This document shows positions 49,400 through 62,770 of a DNA stretch of 64,000 nucleotides, one piece after another. Source of the stretch: Antedon mediterranea (Eukaryota; Animalia; Echinodermata). How positions within the stretch are numbered: position 1 is the first letter of the stretch; every line of letters begins with the position of its first letter. Position numbers and translations under genes: made by a program. The DNA lies in assembly GCF_964355755.1 (NCBI RefSeq), contig NC_092677.1, forward strand, positions 1,882,101-1,946,100, written 5' to 3'. The notes beneath the pieces are model-generated. The model saw only the letters and a list, made by a program, of their open reading frames with translations. It ran no database searches and had not been told where the DNA came from.

Positions 49400-52300
49400 A
49401 TGGCTGAAAACGTACAGGGAAGTGGAGGGGGATCGTGGTCAAAATGGCAAATAGCTTTAATCTTTGGAGCTCCTTTAGCACTTGGGGCTACTGCTGCTGC
49501 TGTTTATTGTTATAGTAAAAGCGGTGGAGATTCAAGTCAAGATGACGAGAAGACCCGAACAAATACACCCAGCGGTAGCGGGGAAAAGCCTGTTTCTGCA
49601 AGTGGAGACGGAGGAGAAATGCCCATACAGCCGGATCAAGTAAGTAGTATATAGGGCCTAGCTGTAGGCCAGTAATCGAATATTATGTAGGCCTAGTGCC
49701 TAGTATTATAATTCCTTTAACTTTAAGTACAGAACAGTAGCTGGATTATTTTAAATTTTAAATATAATATTGTTAAATAGCAACAATTAATTTTCAATTT
49801 ATTTATTATATTAGGCCTAGGTAGGTCTAGGCCTATTTTATTATAGGAAAATTATAATTACAACCCATTCACTATACTATCTATATATGTATCATAATTA
49901 TTTTGTACAAAAGACTCCACTTGAGAAAGCCCAGGCCAGCAAAAATAGAGGTAACAAGTACTTTAAGGCATCGCACTACGACCAAGCAATACGTTGCTAC
50001 ACCGAAGCTATTGACGTCTGCCCTGTGGACAAGAAGGCTGACCTGGCAACATTTTACCAAAACCGTGCAGCCGCCCGTGAGCAACAGGTACAGTATATCA
50101 ATATAGTTGTAGAGATACTTCCACAGATATATTATTAATAGTATTGGTTAAGTTATTAATATATTATAATATATTCTACTATATTAAATTGTTCTTGATT
50201 ATATTGCACAATAGATAGTAGAAAATATGAGAGAAAAAAGACAGAATAACAATGAGTATGATATTAGATATATTTGAAATAATGTATTGATCTTTTGAAG
50301 TTAATACGATTATGAAAATATTGGTAAAGTTTTTATTTAGAACTGATAATTTTTAATGTTTCTTTGTTTATTACATTTTTAGGGTAAATATGCAGAAGTG
50401 ATATCAGATTGTAGCAAAGCAATAGGTTTGAACCCAACTTACACCAAGGCTATGTTTAGACGTGCTAAGGCACATGACCATAATGGTGATAAGCTCCTTT
50501 GTTTAGAAGGTGAGTCATACATACTATACAAAAACCTTAACACAATCAGTTCAGTGATTCCTGATGGCACCCTATTAACATCAAATCGCTGTCACCAAGT
50601 TGGATGTATAGTTCTTATAGCAAGCCTGATTATCCGATCTCAGTGCTGTAGCTCCAAATGCAACAATACTTGCCCACTATCATAGGAATATTCTATAAAT
50701 ATAGCATCTCATATGTACCACACATGGTGCCTGGGGAAATCTAGATACAGTACCCGGAATCAGGTGGCCTGCTATGGTCCCACATCAATTTGGAAAAAAA
50801 TATTTACATTTTTTACCTTCCGTCTTTTAAATCATTATCTAAGAGGAACTTAACAGTTCTTTTCAGAACTATTTAATATACGTGGTGTACCGCAAACTAT
50901 ATATCTGCATATTGATTTCGCCATGCAAACCTTCAAACAATACTTCTTTATCTGCTACAATTTATAATATAATATATGTTATGTTGTAGATACAACAGCT
51001 GTGTGTATACTAGAGGGCTTCAACCACCAACAGGGTATGATGCTGGCTGATAGAATGTTGAAAGAAATTGGAAAGGAAAAAGCAAAAGACCGATACAAGG
51101 CAAGTATTTATAACGACTTATTACTAGATTAAATATTCATTATTATTATTATTAATTTTCAACAAACTAAAATAATCATATCTCACTGTGTGAATAAATA
51201 AAATATAAAAATGAAATATTCATTTTTACGAATACAATGTTAAAAGCCATATTGCATTTAAATATTCATTATTATATAACACCTAAATAAATTCCTGTCA
51301 TTTGATTGGACGATTGTGGGTCACATGGCGTGCAATAGTACGCACTATTAAACGATCGTTTAATAGTACTTTTTGAAACATTTTTGTGTACGAAAAAAAA
51401 AACGTCTCGGCTGCCTCGTTGAAATATAACCTTTCATCATTCACCTCGTGCCATTGTTTGTACCATTACACTCATAAACATTCATTATTTGTACCATTAC
51501 CGTACTGACGCGGGTATAAGCCCACCCCCCTTGAACATGAAATCACGTCAAGTTTGGGGGGTGGGCTTATACCCGAGGATCCAAAAATGCAGATCGTCAA
51601 AAACAGCACATGTACACGGTGTATTCCACCATGCGAGCGAGCGCCCTCACGTGTACGACGTTGCCTCTAAAATACACGAGGTGTAGAGTGTCGGAAAATT
51701 AAGCTTATAGTTCGTGTAATTTATCGTAGAATATCTTATTTTAAACATCAATTGAACAAGAATTTATCAAGCAGAAAAGCAAGTATACAATGTTCGTTAA
51801 ATAGAAATGTACCAAAGAAATTTAATAAGCTTGTTTATGGCAGCCGATACCAAATAGTGGTTTTCCGTTTTGGTGACTTGTAGCGTCGTGTGTGAAGCGA
51901 TCTTCGACCGCGATGGAGTGTAAACAAAACAGGACCGCTAGGCCTCATGATATGGCCTAGCGTATATTAGCCTAGCTTGGTATTCGGTGTATGGACGTCG
52001 CCAAATACAAAATAATGTATTACGACACACACTGTAGATCTTCGAATTAATGGGTGGGCTTATACCCGAGTGCCTCATTTTTCATGAAAATTAGTCAAAA
52101 GTCAGGGGTGGGCTTATACCCGAGTATGGGCTTATACCCGCGTCATAAACATTCATTATTTGTACCATTACACTCATAAACATTCATTATTTGTACCATT
52201 ACACTCATAAACATTCGTTATTTGTACCATTACACTCATAAACATTCATTATTTGTACCATTACACTCATAAACATTCATTATTTGTACCATTACACTCA

Positions 52301-55300
52301 TAAACATTCATTATTTGTACCATTACACTCATAAACATTCGTTATTTGTATACTAGCTTTCAAGTATAAGTATATCTACATTGTTATTATTTTTATTTCA
52401 ACCATCTTTATAAAGATAGTAACCCTTGTAGTTTAGCCCAGTGGGTTAATTATTATTCAGGGGCCCTTTTTAAGTGATATCTATAATAAAAGCTTCTTAG
52501 AGAAATATTTGTTATTGTTGTTTTTCAGAATCGTGTTCCGCAACTACCAAGTGGTCAGTTCATTCATTCTTACTTCTCGTCTTTCTCAAATGATGGTATT
52601 TCACTGGAAACTGATCCACCAGCAGTTGGTGATGAGGCAGGAACTGATGAAGAACTAAGGTTTGATGCTCATCATACTTACATTTATTTCACCCTTTCAA
52701 CATGAGTAATAGGCGTGTATTGTATGAAAGTGCTGTTTTCCACAGCACTTATTTGCCCACTATAAAATATCAGAAATTTACTTTCTGTACACTACATATC
52801 ATAACATGTTACACATATAAACAAGAAATATTTCTTACAAAAAACGCCGCGTAACTTTTTGACTGGACAGTTGTAAGAACAGTCTTCATTAATCTAATAT
52901 AATAGGTCGGCCAATCAAAACGCAAGTGAACAATTGGGACTTTACTTGTGATTTATGTCATTGGCCTGTCAGCACAGTCGTTTCTTTCTAGAATTAAACG
53001 CACACAAACTTGTATTGGGAATAATGTATGTTTATGTGGTTATTACTATCGCATTTAGGTATTGATAATAATAATAATAATATGGCTTTTGAATATATAA
53101 TTACTGTCTGTAGAATAACATTTATACATTTTCGGTTCGCGATGAAAAGTTATATGAATGGATTTGTAATAGGTATTTATAATAATAGTATATGGGTTGT
53201 ATTATTGCTAAGCTATCACCAAATCACGTTATAACATTATTTCTCAGGGTTTTTTGCACCATTGATCAATACCAAACGCGTATCGGTATTATAGTTTTTA
53301 ATGAATCATTACATTAATAAAAATACCCAATTAAATCAATCACGTCAGTCCAATTCCGACTTATGTTTCGATCACATAGTTCTGTGTCTACACTGTCCCA
53401 ACTAGTTTAACAAAAAAAGTGTGATGTGCCCAAATATGGTAGTGATATGCCCGAATATCGTAGTGATATGACATCGTCATGTCTATATAATATGGGCACA
53501 TCATATTTAGTTTGATAGTATAGACAGAGCTTAAGGATTATATTTAAAAAATGTTTTCTTAAATTTTGAAAAAAAGTATTTATTTGTTTATAAGCCCAAT
53601 TTTCCAGTCTTAATTTTACATTTTGAAAACAAAGTATTTTATTTGTTGATAAGCCCAATTGTGCAGTCTTATTTTACCTTTTGAACGAAAGTATTTATTT
53701 GTTGATAAGCCCAATTTTGCAGTCTTATTTTACATTTTAAACGAAAGTATTTATTTGTTGATAAGCCGAATTTTCCAGTTTAATAATAATGACCCTTCCA
53801 CAGTGCATTTTACATGATATTGACCGAGGGTTTTTACGCCTCTATAGCCACTGATCAATACCATAATTAATGTACTTTTTTAAATGAATATTGAAATGTT
53901 TCAACATACCCAATTCAAAAAACGGTCCGTTTTCGAGTTCAATCTTTTGATTAGAGAGGTTGGAGTTTCATTTTGAACGAAAGTATTTATTTGATTGATA
54001 AGCCAAATTTCTAGTCCTAATGATTTGAGATTCAACGGGTTTTGCTTTCAATTGTATAATAATATAATTATATATATATATATAAATATAATATTAAGTA
54101 TAATTATGAATTCACCAACACTTCTTTCAGGCCCAATAACAATGATCCCGGGCCCGAGTTTTTGTAGACCGGACTTCCATGCACAGCCACATGTTAAGGA
54201 ATAGGAATCTCTTTATGATTTTAATATGGTTCGAAATGATATTACACAACAACGATTAGACAGCAACTGTGCAAGAGTCCAACTAATAAAATCGGAATGA
54301 TCAATTAATTGAACATTTACAGCATAAGGCCCATACACTAGGACGATAACGATCGACGATAAATAGACAAATGTGCATTTTTAATACATAAACCAAAAGA
54401 AATATAAACAATTCCTTTGATGACAATTATATTTTCACACGTCCAATCAAATGACGTCATGATTAGTAAGACCAATAATATCGTGACAATACAGCGATTT
54501 TATTGTTTTTATTTATCATGACGTCATTTGATTGGAATTTGAAAAACATTATTTTTATCAAAGACAGCATAAATGATTATCCTATAGGTCTAGAACGAAA
54601 ACCTTTCTAATTTCTTTTGTTTTATGTAAAAAAAATGCATGCTATATATTTATCGTCCGTCGTTATCGTCATAGTGTAATTGGGCCTTTATACAAAAAAA
54701 ATAAATTGATTACGAAGTTACATGTCATTTTCACCTATCACCAAAAAACTAACCTTTTCAACACTAATTAATTGTTACGAAGCCAATTTATATTATATAT
54801 TTCATTAAAACTAAACTTTACGGTAAATGAAGAGTAAGTATCAGTTAATATGAATAATATAACTAGAGGTTTATGAACTTGCGTCCAGACACAGAACTGT
54901 GACATTACTATCATAAATGTTGAAACCACTTATAAAACCTTTTTTTAAAGAAAATATAATTGTGTTAGGAGAAGGCTAATAAACAAATAGATAATGTACA
55001 AACCTTTTTCTGGATTAATTAATGGAGCAGGCGTTAATAATAATCTGCTGCTGCTACCTAGACTGATTGTTCACCTTCTGACGATAATTGATTGGACCCC
55101 CCCACGGCATCTGATAACCAAAAAAAAATTTACCAGGACTGTTTCAATGATTTAATATCTGACGGCGTATTATAACATTGGCCTAGATTGACAGTCAAAA
55201 GAAAGTCATTGTAAATACCCACCTCCCTTTATGTTGACAGAGCCAAAATAAAGTTTTGACCATTATCGAATGATTATTTGACAGTGACTTATTATAATAC

Positions 55301-58300
55301 CGGCCTGGTTGACAGCAAAAACGAAGTTATTATTTATTAAACAAGATTTTACAGATTTCCGTCTACATCTCAATAATACTGTATTATCAGCAAAGGCTTT
55401 CATATAGACTCTCTTCTCCCAGATGTTTTTTTGGTCCAGCAGCTACCCATAAATTATAGTCGAGTTTCCAAATTCACAAAACTGTCAGCCTTAGATACTA
55501 AAGCTACCGCTATGAAACAGCTTATTAATGAATGTGTCCTCCTGGGACATAGCTGGCTAGAGCCGCGGCGCGAAAAACATACACAATGTTTCATGAGGGT
55601 GTTAATTCAAATAAATATTGTTGCATGGGGCTGAGTAAACTGTTTTCCTCTTCAAAACATATTATCTCAATATGTGCTCCCAAATAACTGCCAATATTGG
55701 TATATTGGGTTGCTCTATCTGTAGTCTACACTTTTTTTAAATATTTTTTTTAAATTTCTTATGCATCCAACAGTGAGTAACTCGCCAATTACAGGATGGA
55801 AGCACTATTTGATAATGTATCATGCTTATAAAATCTCATTTGAGGCTTAGGGTGTGGAATCGTGAGTTACAACCATGGCACTAGGTCAGGATTGAATTGA
55901 ACCTTTGGATTGGAAGGCAAGCCACAGCTTCACTACAATATATATACTATTATATAGTATAATTACACCTTTAAAGTATATTAATTAATATTTAATGTTT
56001 TCTAGGTGTTACTTAAAAGCAAAGAAGCTTTTTCACACTGGTAAATATGATGAAGTGGTACAGAATTGCATTGAAGAGATTGAGAGTGATGGAGAGTACA
56101 AGTATGAGGCTCTGCTTATGAAGGCCACGTTCTTCTTGTTAATGGGACAAGCAGAGTGGGCGGTACCAGACCTAGACCAACTGATTGAAAAGGAAGATGC
56201 AGATAAGAAGGTAAGCAATTTAAATACAATACAAGTGCAAATAAGTGCATCTTATGCTCTGTCTACAAACTAGTTTGACAAAAAATGTAGTAGTTGTATA
56301 CCCAAATATAGTAGTGGTATGACATCACAATGTCTATGGGTAATTACATACATTTTGATAGTGTAGACAGCTTTACCTAGAAAGCTTCACACTGATGATT
56401 TAAATTGATTTCTGAAACTAAAAACGTGTAGCTTTATTTTTAGCATGTCTCTCTATACACCTTACACTAATAGTAATATTGTATATTAGAGTAAAACTTT
56501 ACCATGTGTCTAATATATTTCAGCATTGAATATATCTGTTGATTAAACAACAACAGTTCCAAATTGAATACGCCAATAGTCAACATTCAATAAGCTCCTT
56601 GAAGATATAGCCATATTAATGATTATTATTTTTGTTAGCTTCGGGCAAATGCTTTGATCAAGCGAGGGAGTATGCACATGCAAGAAGGTAACTCTGCTCC
56701 TGCGATGGCAGACTTTGCAACAGCTGTACAACTTGACCCTGACAACCCTGATATTTATCATCACCGTGGGCAGGTAAGCGAAGTCGATGGTTCCTTGCCA
56801 ATGGTTCCTTAGCGATGTTTCCTTGGAGATTATTCCTTGGCGATGGTTCCTTGCCAATGGTTCCTTGGCAAAGGTTCCTTAGTGATGGTTCCTTGGCGAT
56901 GGTTTCTTACATGTTGCTCCAAACCAACTATGTGAATCTCAATCTCTCTTTTCATTTTTTCAAAATCTTGTAAGAAACAATGTGTTTTATCATTCATTTC
57001 TTTGCACATGGTTGTGGTTTTTGTTTACACATTCACGACGATTCTCTGTGTGCGCACTATACAAATGTATCGCCATTTTTGTTTCATATTATTTATTTTC
57101 AAACTCTGAAAATATTACTATCTTTATATCTCTCTATTCCTGTTATATATGATTATCCCTTATCAATCACTAACATTGTTTTCACAGCTAAACTTGCTTT
57201 TAGAGAAAGTAGACGAGGCGGTCAAAGATTTTGAGAAATGCAACGAACTAAACGACGACTTTGGTTTGGCGTTTGCCCAGCATAGTTACGCTAAATATCG
57301 TCTTTCTATGCTGCAACAGAGCCCTTTGCAGATGCAGAATGCAATGCAGATGCTGGACACGTGTACGACAAAATTCCCAAAGTGTGCAGAGGGCTTCGCA
57401 TTACTTGCTCAGGTCAGTTGCATTTGACCTTTATGCAAATTAGCTTGGAACATGAAAGGAGTATTGGTTTTTGCTGCCGAGAGAAAAAAAAACCAAATTA
57501 ATAACAAATTTTAATTTGATTTTAATTTAGGCCCAGAATGAACAAGGTTTGTTCGCACAGGCTGATGAGAATTTCAAGAAGGCAGTGAAGTTAGAGCCAG
57601 ATAACCCTACAGCTCATGTTCACAGGGGGTAAGTTAGAGCCAAATAACCCTACAGCTTATGTTCACAGGGGGTAAGTTAGAGCCAGATAACCCTACAGCT
57701 CATGTTCACAGGGGGTAAGTTAAAGCCAGATAACCCTACAGCTCATGTTCACAGGGGGTAAGTTAGAGCCAGATAACCCTACAGCTCATGTTAACAGGGG
57801 GTAAGTTAGAGCCAGATAACCCTACAGCTCATGTTCACAGGGGATAAGTTAGAGCCAGATAACCCTACAGCTCATGTTCACAGGGGGTAAGTTAGAGCCA
57901 GATAACCCTACAGCTCATGTTCACAGGGGGTAAGTTAGAGCCAAATAACCCTACAGCTCATGTTCACAGGGGGTAAGTTAGAGCCAGATAACCCTACAGC
58001 TCATGTTCACAGGGGATAAGTTAGAGCCAGATAACCCTACAGCTCATGTTCACAGGGGGTAAGTTAGAGCCAGATAACCCTACAGCTCATGTTCACAGGG
58101 GGTAAGTTAGAGCCAAATAACCCTACAGCTCATGTTCACAGGGGGTAAGTTAGAGCCAGATAACCCTACAGCTCATGTTCACAGGGGGTAAGTTAGAGCC
58201 AGATAACCCTACAGCTCATGTTCACAGGGGGTAAGTTAGAGCCAAATAACCCTACAGCTCATGTTCACAGGGGGTAAGTTAGAGCCAGATAACCCTACAG

Positions 58301-61163
58301 CTCATGTTCACAGGGGGTAAGTTAGAGCCAGATAACCCTACAGCTCATGTTCACAGGGGTAAGTTAGAGCCAGATACCCTACAGCTCATGTTCACAGGGG
58401 GTAAGTTAGAGCCAGATAACCCTACAGCTCATGTTCACAGGGGGTAAGTTAGAGCCAGATAACCCTACAGCTCATGTTCACAGGGGGTAAGTTAGAGCCA
58501 GATAACCCTACAGCTCATGTTCACAGGGGGTATGTTAGAGCCAGATAACCCTACAGCTCATGTTCACAGGGGGTAAGTTAGAGCCAGATAACCCTACATC
58601 TCATGTTCACAGAGAGTAACATGCTCAATAGGAACTAAGGCTTGTTTGTCCAATTTTACAACTGATTTTAAGCATGTTCCTTGATATCGTGATTGTTATT
58701 GCTTTCTTTGTAGACTTTTACATTTGAATTGGAAGAAAGATGTGCAAGGTTCAATAGACATGATTAAAGAAGCATTAAAGATTGATGAGAAGTGTGACTT
58801 TGCTTATGAAACATTGGGAACAATAGAAGTGCAAAGGTAAACAAATAACAGATAGCCTCAGGATGGGCTAATAACTGAGTTGGGCCTAAGGGTGCGCTTA
58901 TTTCCCTACCATGGAGTTGTTATAATAGTTGCTTTTTATCTCAATGGCCACTCTTGTGATTACCGTATCAAGGATTGTAAGGAGAACTTATCGAATGTTC
59001 CGAATCTTGATAAAATGATTGAGGCTTCTTTGTCAGATATTGAGTTTAATGTAGAAGATATACATAAGCTGTTGTCTAACTTAGTTATAGATAAGTCAGC
59101 TGGCCCTGATGGCTTTCACCCACGGTTTTTGATTGAATTAAAGGATCAAATTGCTTACCCTCTCAGTCTAATATTCACTAGATTATTCAATGATCAGAAG
59201 GTCCCTCTATCGTGGAAGGAGGCAATTGTAATACCTATATTTAAGAAAGGCAAAAAGGAGGACCCGGCTAACTACAGACCGGTTAGTTTAACGTCGGTCA
59301 TAGGGAAAATGATGGAAAGGATTATTAGGGATAAACTTGTAATGTATCTTGAGAGTAATGGTCTTTTGTGCAATGAGCAATTTGGATTCAGACAAGGTCA
59401 TGTGCATTACAACTACTTGATGTCCTGGAGAGTTGGACTACTAACCTGGATAACCATGATAGCTTTGATTGTGTCTATTTAGACTATAAAAAGGCCATTG
59501 ATAGTGTGCCACACCAAAGGCTTCTAGTCAAATTGAAAGGTTTTGGTATTACGGGAAATCTATTAGGATGGTTCTCTAATTATTTGTCAAATAGAACACA
59601 ACGAGTTAGTGTCAATGGTCAATTATCATCACAGGCTCCAGTATTATTTAAGTGGAATTCCACAGGGTAGCGGTGTGGGCCCAATCTTATTTTCAATTTT
59701 CATTAACGATTTACCTGATGTTGTCGAATCTAGTATACGTTTATTTGCAGACGACACCAAGTTGTGTAGAGTGGTCAATAACATTGATGATGCGGATTTA
59801 TTTCAAAGAGACATTGACAGTGCTTCCCATTGGTCTAATGTTTGGCAATTGCCTTTTAATGACACTAAGTGTAAGGTATTTCATTATGGTCGTGATAATC
59901 CCAATTTCTTGTATTCAATGGCTGGTAATTTACTACATGAGGTAAAGCAGGAGAAAGATCTAGGTGTTACCTTTGATCCTAGTTTAATCTTTAATTTGCA
60001 TGTAGCGGATATTTGTAAAAGAGCTAATAAGAAACTAGGAATGATTTATAGATCTTTTAAATTCTTGAATAAAGATGGATTTTTGAAGCTGTATAAGTCT
60101 ATTGTCAGGCCAACGCTTGAATATTGTAACACTGTTTATAATCCTATTAGAAAACGAGATCAGGATGAAATAGAGAAGGTCCAGCAAAGAGCAACAAGAT
60201 TGATTCCTAGGTACCCTAATATTCCTTATGAACAACGTTTGAGAATTCTTGGTCTTCCTACCATGAGATATCGAAGGCAGAGAGCGGATATTATCCAAGT
60301 TTTTAGGATTGTTAAAGGTTTCGATCGTTTTTCGATCAACACATTTTTTGAATTTGATCTAGAATCTCGGACCCGTGGACACCCATATAAACTCAAGTTT
60401 AAAAGCTCTCGTCTTAATATTAGGAGGGACACGTTCTCCAGGAGAGTTATTCTCTTATGGAATGCTCTGCCTATGGATGTAGTTTCATGTGTTACGGTGA
60501 ACTTGTTCAAAGCAAAACTTAACGTCGCATGGTCTAACCACCCGCTGAAGTTTTCACCCTATATAGAATATGATTTTATTGCTCAGAGGGGCTTTTAAGC
60601 ACTGAGTGCTTCGCCTCGATCCCGTAGATGAAAGTGTATGGGAAACAAGTAAACAAGTAATAAACAAAGTGATTAAATTGATTATATTAATCAATTATTA
60701 TCAATTTTGAGTGTAAACGTAGTTTGAATGTCAATGAAATTAAATTTAAGATGATGCGGAGTGGGTAGGGTAAGGTTGTGCCAATGAAAATTAGCTGAAA
60801 TTGACCAAGAATACCAGGGTATCCCACTACTGTTTCTGAAACATGCACTAGATTCTTCACGAGCCAGACCTCAAGTTCCTTATCCAGCATGATTGAAGAA
60901 TGCCTTGAACTTGTGCCAATATTATGACTGTGGTTGGCAGCTCAACTCAGCTGTACTGTTAAATTCTGTTATTTTAACCAAAATGCTTGTTTTATTTCAC
61001 CAGAGGTAACATGGATGCTGCAAAGGAATACTTTGAAAATGCAATCAACTTAGCAAGGACAGAGATGGAGATGACACATCTGTACTCGCTGTCTGTAGCA
61101 GCTGAGATACAGAGTAAGGTGGCTAACAAGTTAAACATCAAACCTCATATGCCGTTTACATGA
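49400..61163 (+). CDS. TOMM70: Mitochondrial import receptor subunit TOM70, 11 coding exons, about 575 aa
   Basis: Exons 49400-49639 (signal anchor WQIALIFGAPLALGA), 49914-50087 (KNRGNKYFKA..YTEAI..FYQNRAAA), 50383-50509, 50990-51099 (DTTAVCILEGF; GC donor), 52529-52659 (FIHSYFSSF), 56006-56210, 56639-56773 (LRANALIKRGSM..YHHRGQ), 57188-57412, 57531-57628, 58714-58836 (KCDFAYETLGTIEVQR), 61004-61163 (AINLARTEMEM). Total 1728 nt. Confidence 0.96.
51500..52145. mobile_element. pogo/Tigger-like MITE
   Basis: Left end ta-ccgtactgacgcgggtataagcccac; right end gggcttatacccgcgtca (clipped). gggcttatacccg recurs internally. Confidence 0.65.
52146..52350. repeat. 31-bp minisatellite, about 6.5 copies (another 1.5 copies at 51455-51500)
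   Basis: taaacattcattatttgtaccattacactca repeated. Confidence 0.92.
53573..53780. repeat. About 58-bp tandem repeat x3.5
   Basis: aaagtatttatttgttgataagcccaatttt.cagtctt recurs; a further copy lies near 53975. Confidence 0.8.
54326..54689. mobile_element. About 360-bp fully palindromic MITE (Harbinger-like)
   Basis: aaggcccatacactaggacgataacga..cgacgataaata / tatttatcgtccgtcgttatcgtcatagtgtaattgggcctt, with an inner tccaatcaaatgacgtcatgat inverted pair. Confidence 0.8.
56787..56906. repeat. 14-bp minisatellite, about 8 copies, just after the TOMM70 exon 7 donor
   Basis: atggttccttggcg variants. Confidence 0.85.
57588..58619 (+). repeat. 43-bp minisatellite x24, made of the TOMM70 exon 9 3' end plus its splice donor
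   Basis: Unit aagttagagccagataaccctacagctcatgttcacagggggt. The first copy is coding (KLEPDNPTAHVHRG). Confidence 0.97.
58975..60670 (+). mobile_element. 5'-truncated CR1-type LINE (RT ORF2 with frameshifts) in the last TOMM70 intron, sense orientation
   Basis: KSAGPDG, WKEAIVIPIFKKG..NYRPVSLTS, GIPQGS..PILF..FINDL, LFADDTKL, EKDLGV, RTRGHPYKL. The ORF is split near 59400 and 59640. 3' tail (aaacaagt)n. The 5' boundary may extend to about 58851. Confidence 0.92.
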
Positions 61164-61997
61164 TCTAAGAATATCAAACATGATTGGGCTATCTATCTAT
61201 CTGTCTATCATCATAAACAATGCAGTCATTCCGATTAATATGTCTTGTTTGTACCATAATTTTATAAGGTCAGAGGAATACCATATACGGTTCTTGTCAG
61301 CATCTCTCACTTTTTGAATCATCAGGTTTTAACCGGATATATGTTATAAATATATATATATATATACTGTATACACAGACAGGTCGCATGAATTCAAGGT
61401 TGACAGATTATAAATATGGGGCAGCCTAGTTAGTCCTAGATCCTGTTTACTCCACTTGTCCAAGAGCCAGATTTTTTTTTTTTCGCGTCAATCGGTCTAT
61501 AATTCTGGCTTATAAAACAAAGATAAACTTTTGTAATTCGCCGTCAAATTCCACAAACGGACAACTGGCAAGTGCCGTATAACCTATTTCTCATTTCCTA
61601 ATAGATTAGATCTATATTAAATATTTTGTATTGACAGATAAAAGTTACCCAAGGAGTATTTTGAGACAGGTGAAAATCATGAATTAATTTTAAGCCTTTA
61701 AACGTAATTGTCACTTTTTAAGCTGACATGTTTTAACTGGTCAATGTTTTATATCAAACCCTCTTATTAAAATTTAGATTTACATATTTCAGTCAATAAT
61801 GCTATCTCAATAATAATATATACATTTCAGAAATAAAAATGAATGTTATCACGTTATTATTAGCTCTAATATTATTATATATGGGACAGGAATTTTTTTT
61901 TAGATGTCCAAATATGCACTTTTCGAAATTCAATTATTATGCAATAATATTGCTGTAAATGTGTATAAACTGCGATATTATCATCTTATATACGTAT

Positions 61998-62606
61998 AGT
62001 AACCATTTATGTCAGAGAATAAAAAGGTTGAAATTTGGCAATTTTTTGAAAAAAATCCCTGTACTATATAGTACAGGGAAATTTTCGAAAAAAGGCCGAT
62101 TTTTTTACCCTCTTACTTTTTGACATAAATGGTTACTATAGCATAATAAACATGCGCAGAGTCGAATAATGGGTTCTGCGCATGTCAATTGTGCTATGGT
62201 AACCCGTTTTGACATAAATGGTTACTATAGCATAATAAACATGCGCAGAGCCGAATAATAGGTTCTGCGCATGTCAATTGTGTTATAGTAACCACTTTTA
62301 TCGAAAAATAAAAAGGTCGAAAATTGGCCATTTTTCGAAAAAATCCCTGTACTGTAGTACAGGGAAATTTTCAAAAAAAGGCCGATTTTCGACCCTTTTA
62401 CTTTTTGACATAAATGGTTACTATAGCATAATAAACATGCGCAGAGTCGAAAAATGGGTTCTGTGCAGGTCAATTGTGCTATAGTAACCACTTACAATAG
62501 CATAATAAACATGCGCAGAGTCGAATAATGGGTTCTGCGCATCTTAATTGTGCTATAGTAACCAGTTTTGACATAAATGGTTACTATAGCATAATAAACA
62601 TGCGCA
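61998..62606. repeat. Foldback-like array of about 85-bp palindromic units
   Basis: ggttactatagca..atgcgcaga..tctgcgcat..tgctatagtaacc repeated about 5 times, plus tccctgtacta/tagtacaggga palindromes at about 62055 and 62343. Confidence 0.8.
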
Positions 62607-62770
62607 GGGGTGGCGCCAGGATCTTCCCGACGCGGGGGCTACATTCCCCGACGAGGGGGCTATGCGAGCGAAGCGAGCATCACTAGGCTGGGGGCCAGGG
62701 GGCCGCCAAGGGCCCCCGGTGGGGGTCCAGGGGGCGAAGCCCCCGGAAGCAACGCGTTCTAGCGTCATTT
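62605..62770. mobile_element. GC-rich end of a probable hAT-like non-autonomous element
   Basis: Abrupt CAGGGGTGGCGCCAGG start interrupting the previous repeat; contains gcgagcgaagcgagc and ggggtccagggggcgaagcccc motifs. Confidence 0.5.

Noticed and set aside
57588-58619. Coding expansion of TPR repeats in TOM70
   Set aside because: The unit is 43 bp (not a multiple of 3) and an in-frame TAA follows the first copy.
58880-60598. Active retroelement or host reverse transcriptase gene
   Set aside because: No endonuclease domain or ORF1, and at least two frameshifts: a dead 5'-truncated copy.
62225-62768. Short ORFs near the right end
   Set aside because: They are translations of palindromic repeats and a GC-rich transposon end.
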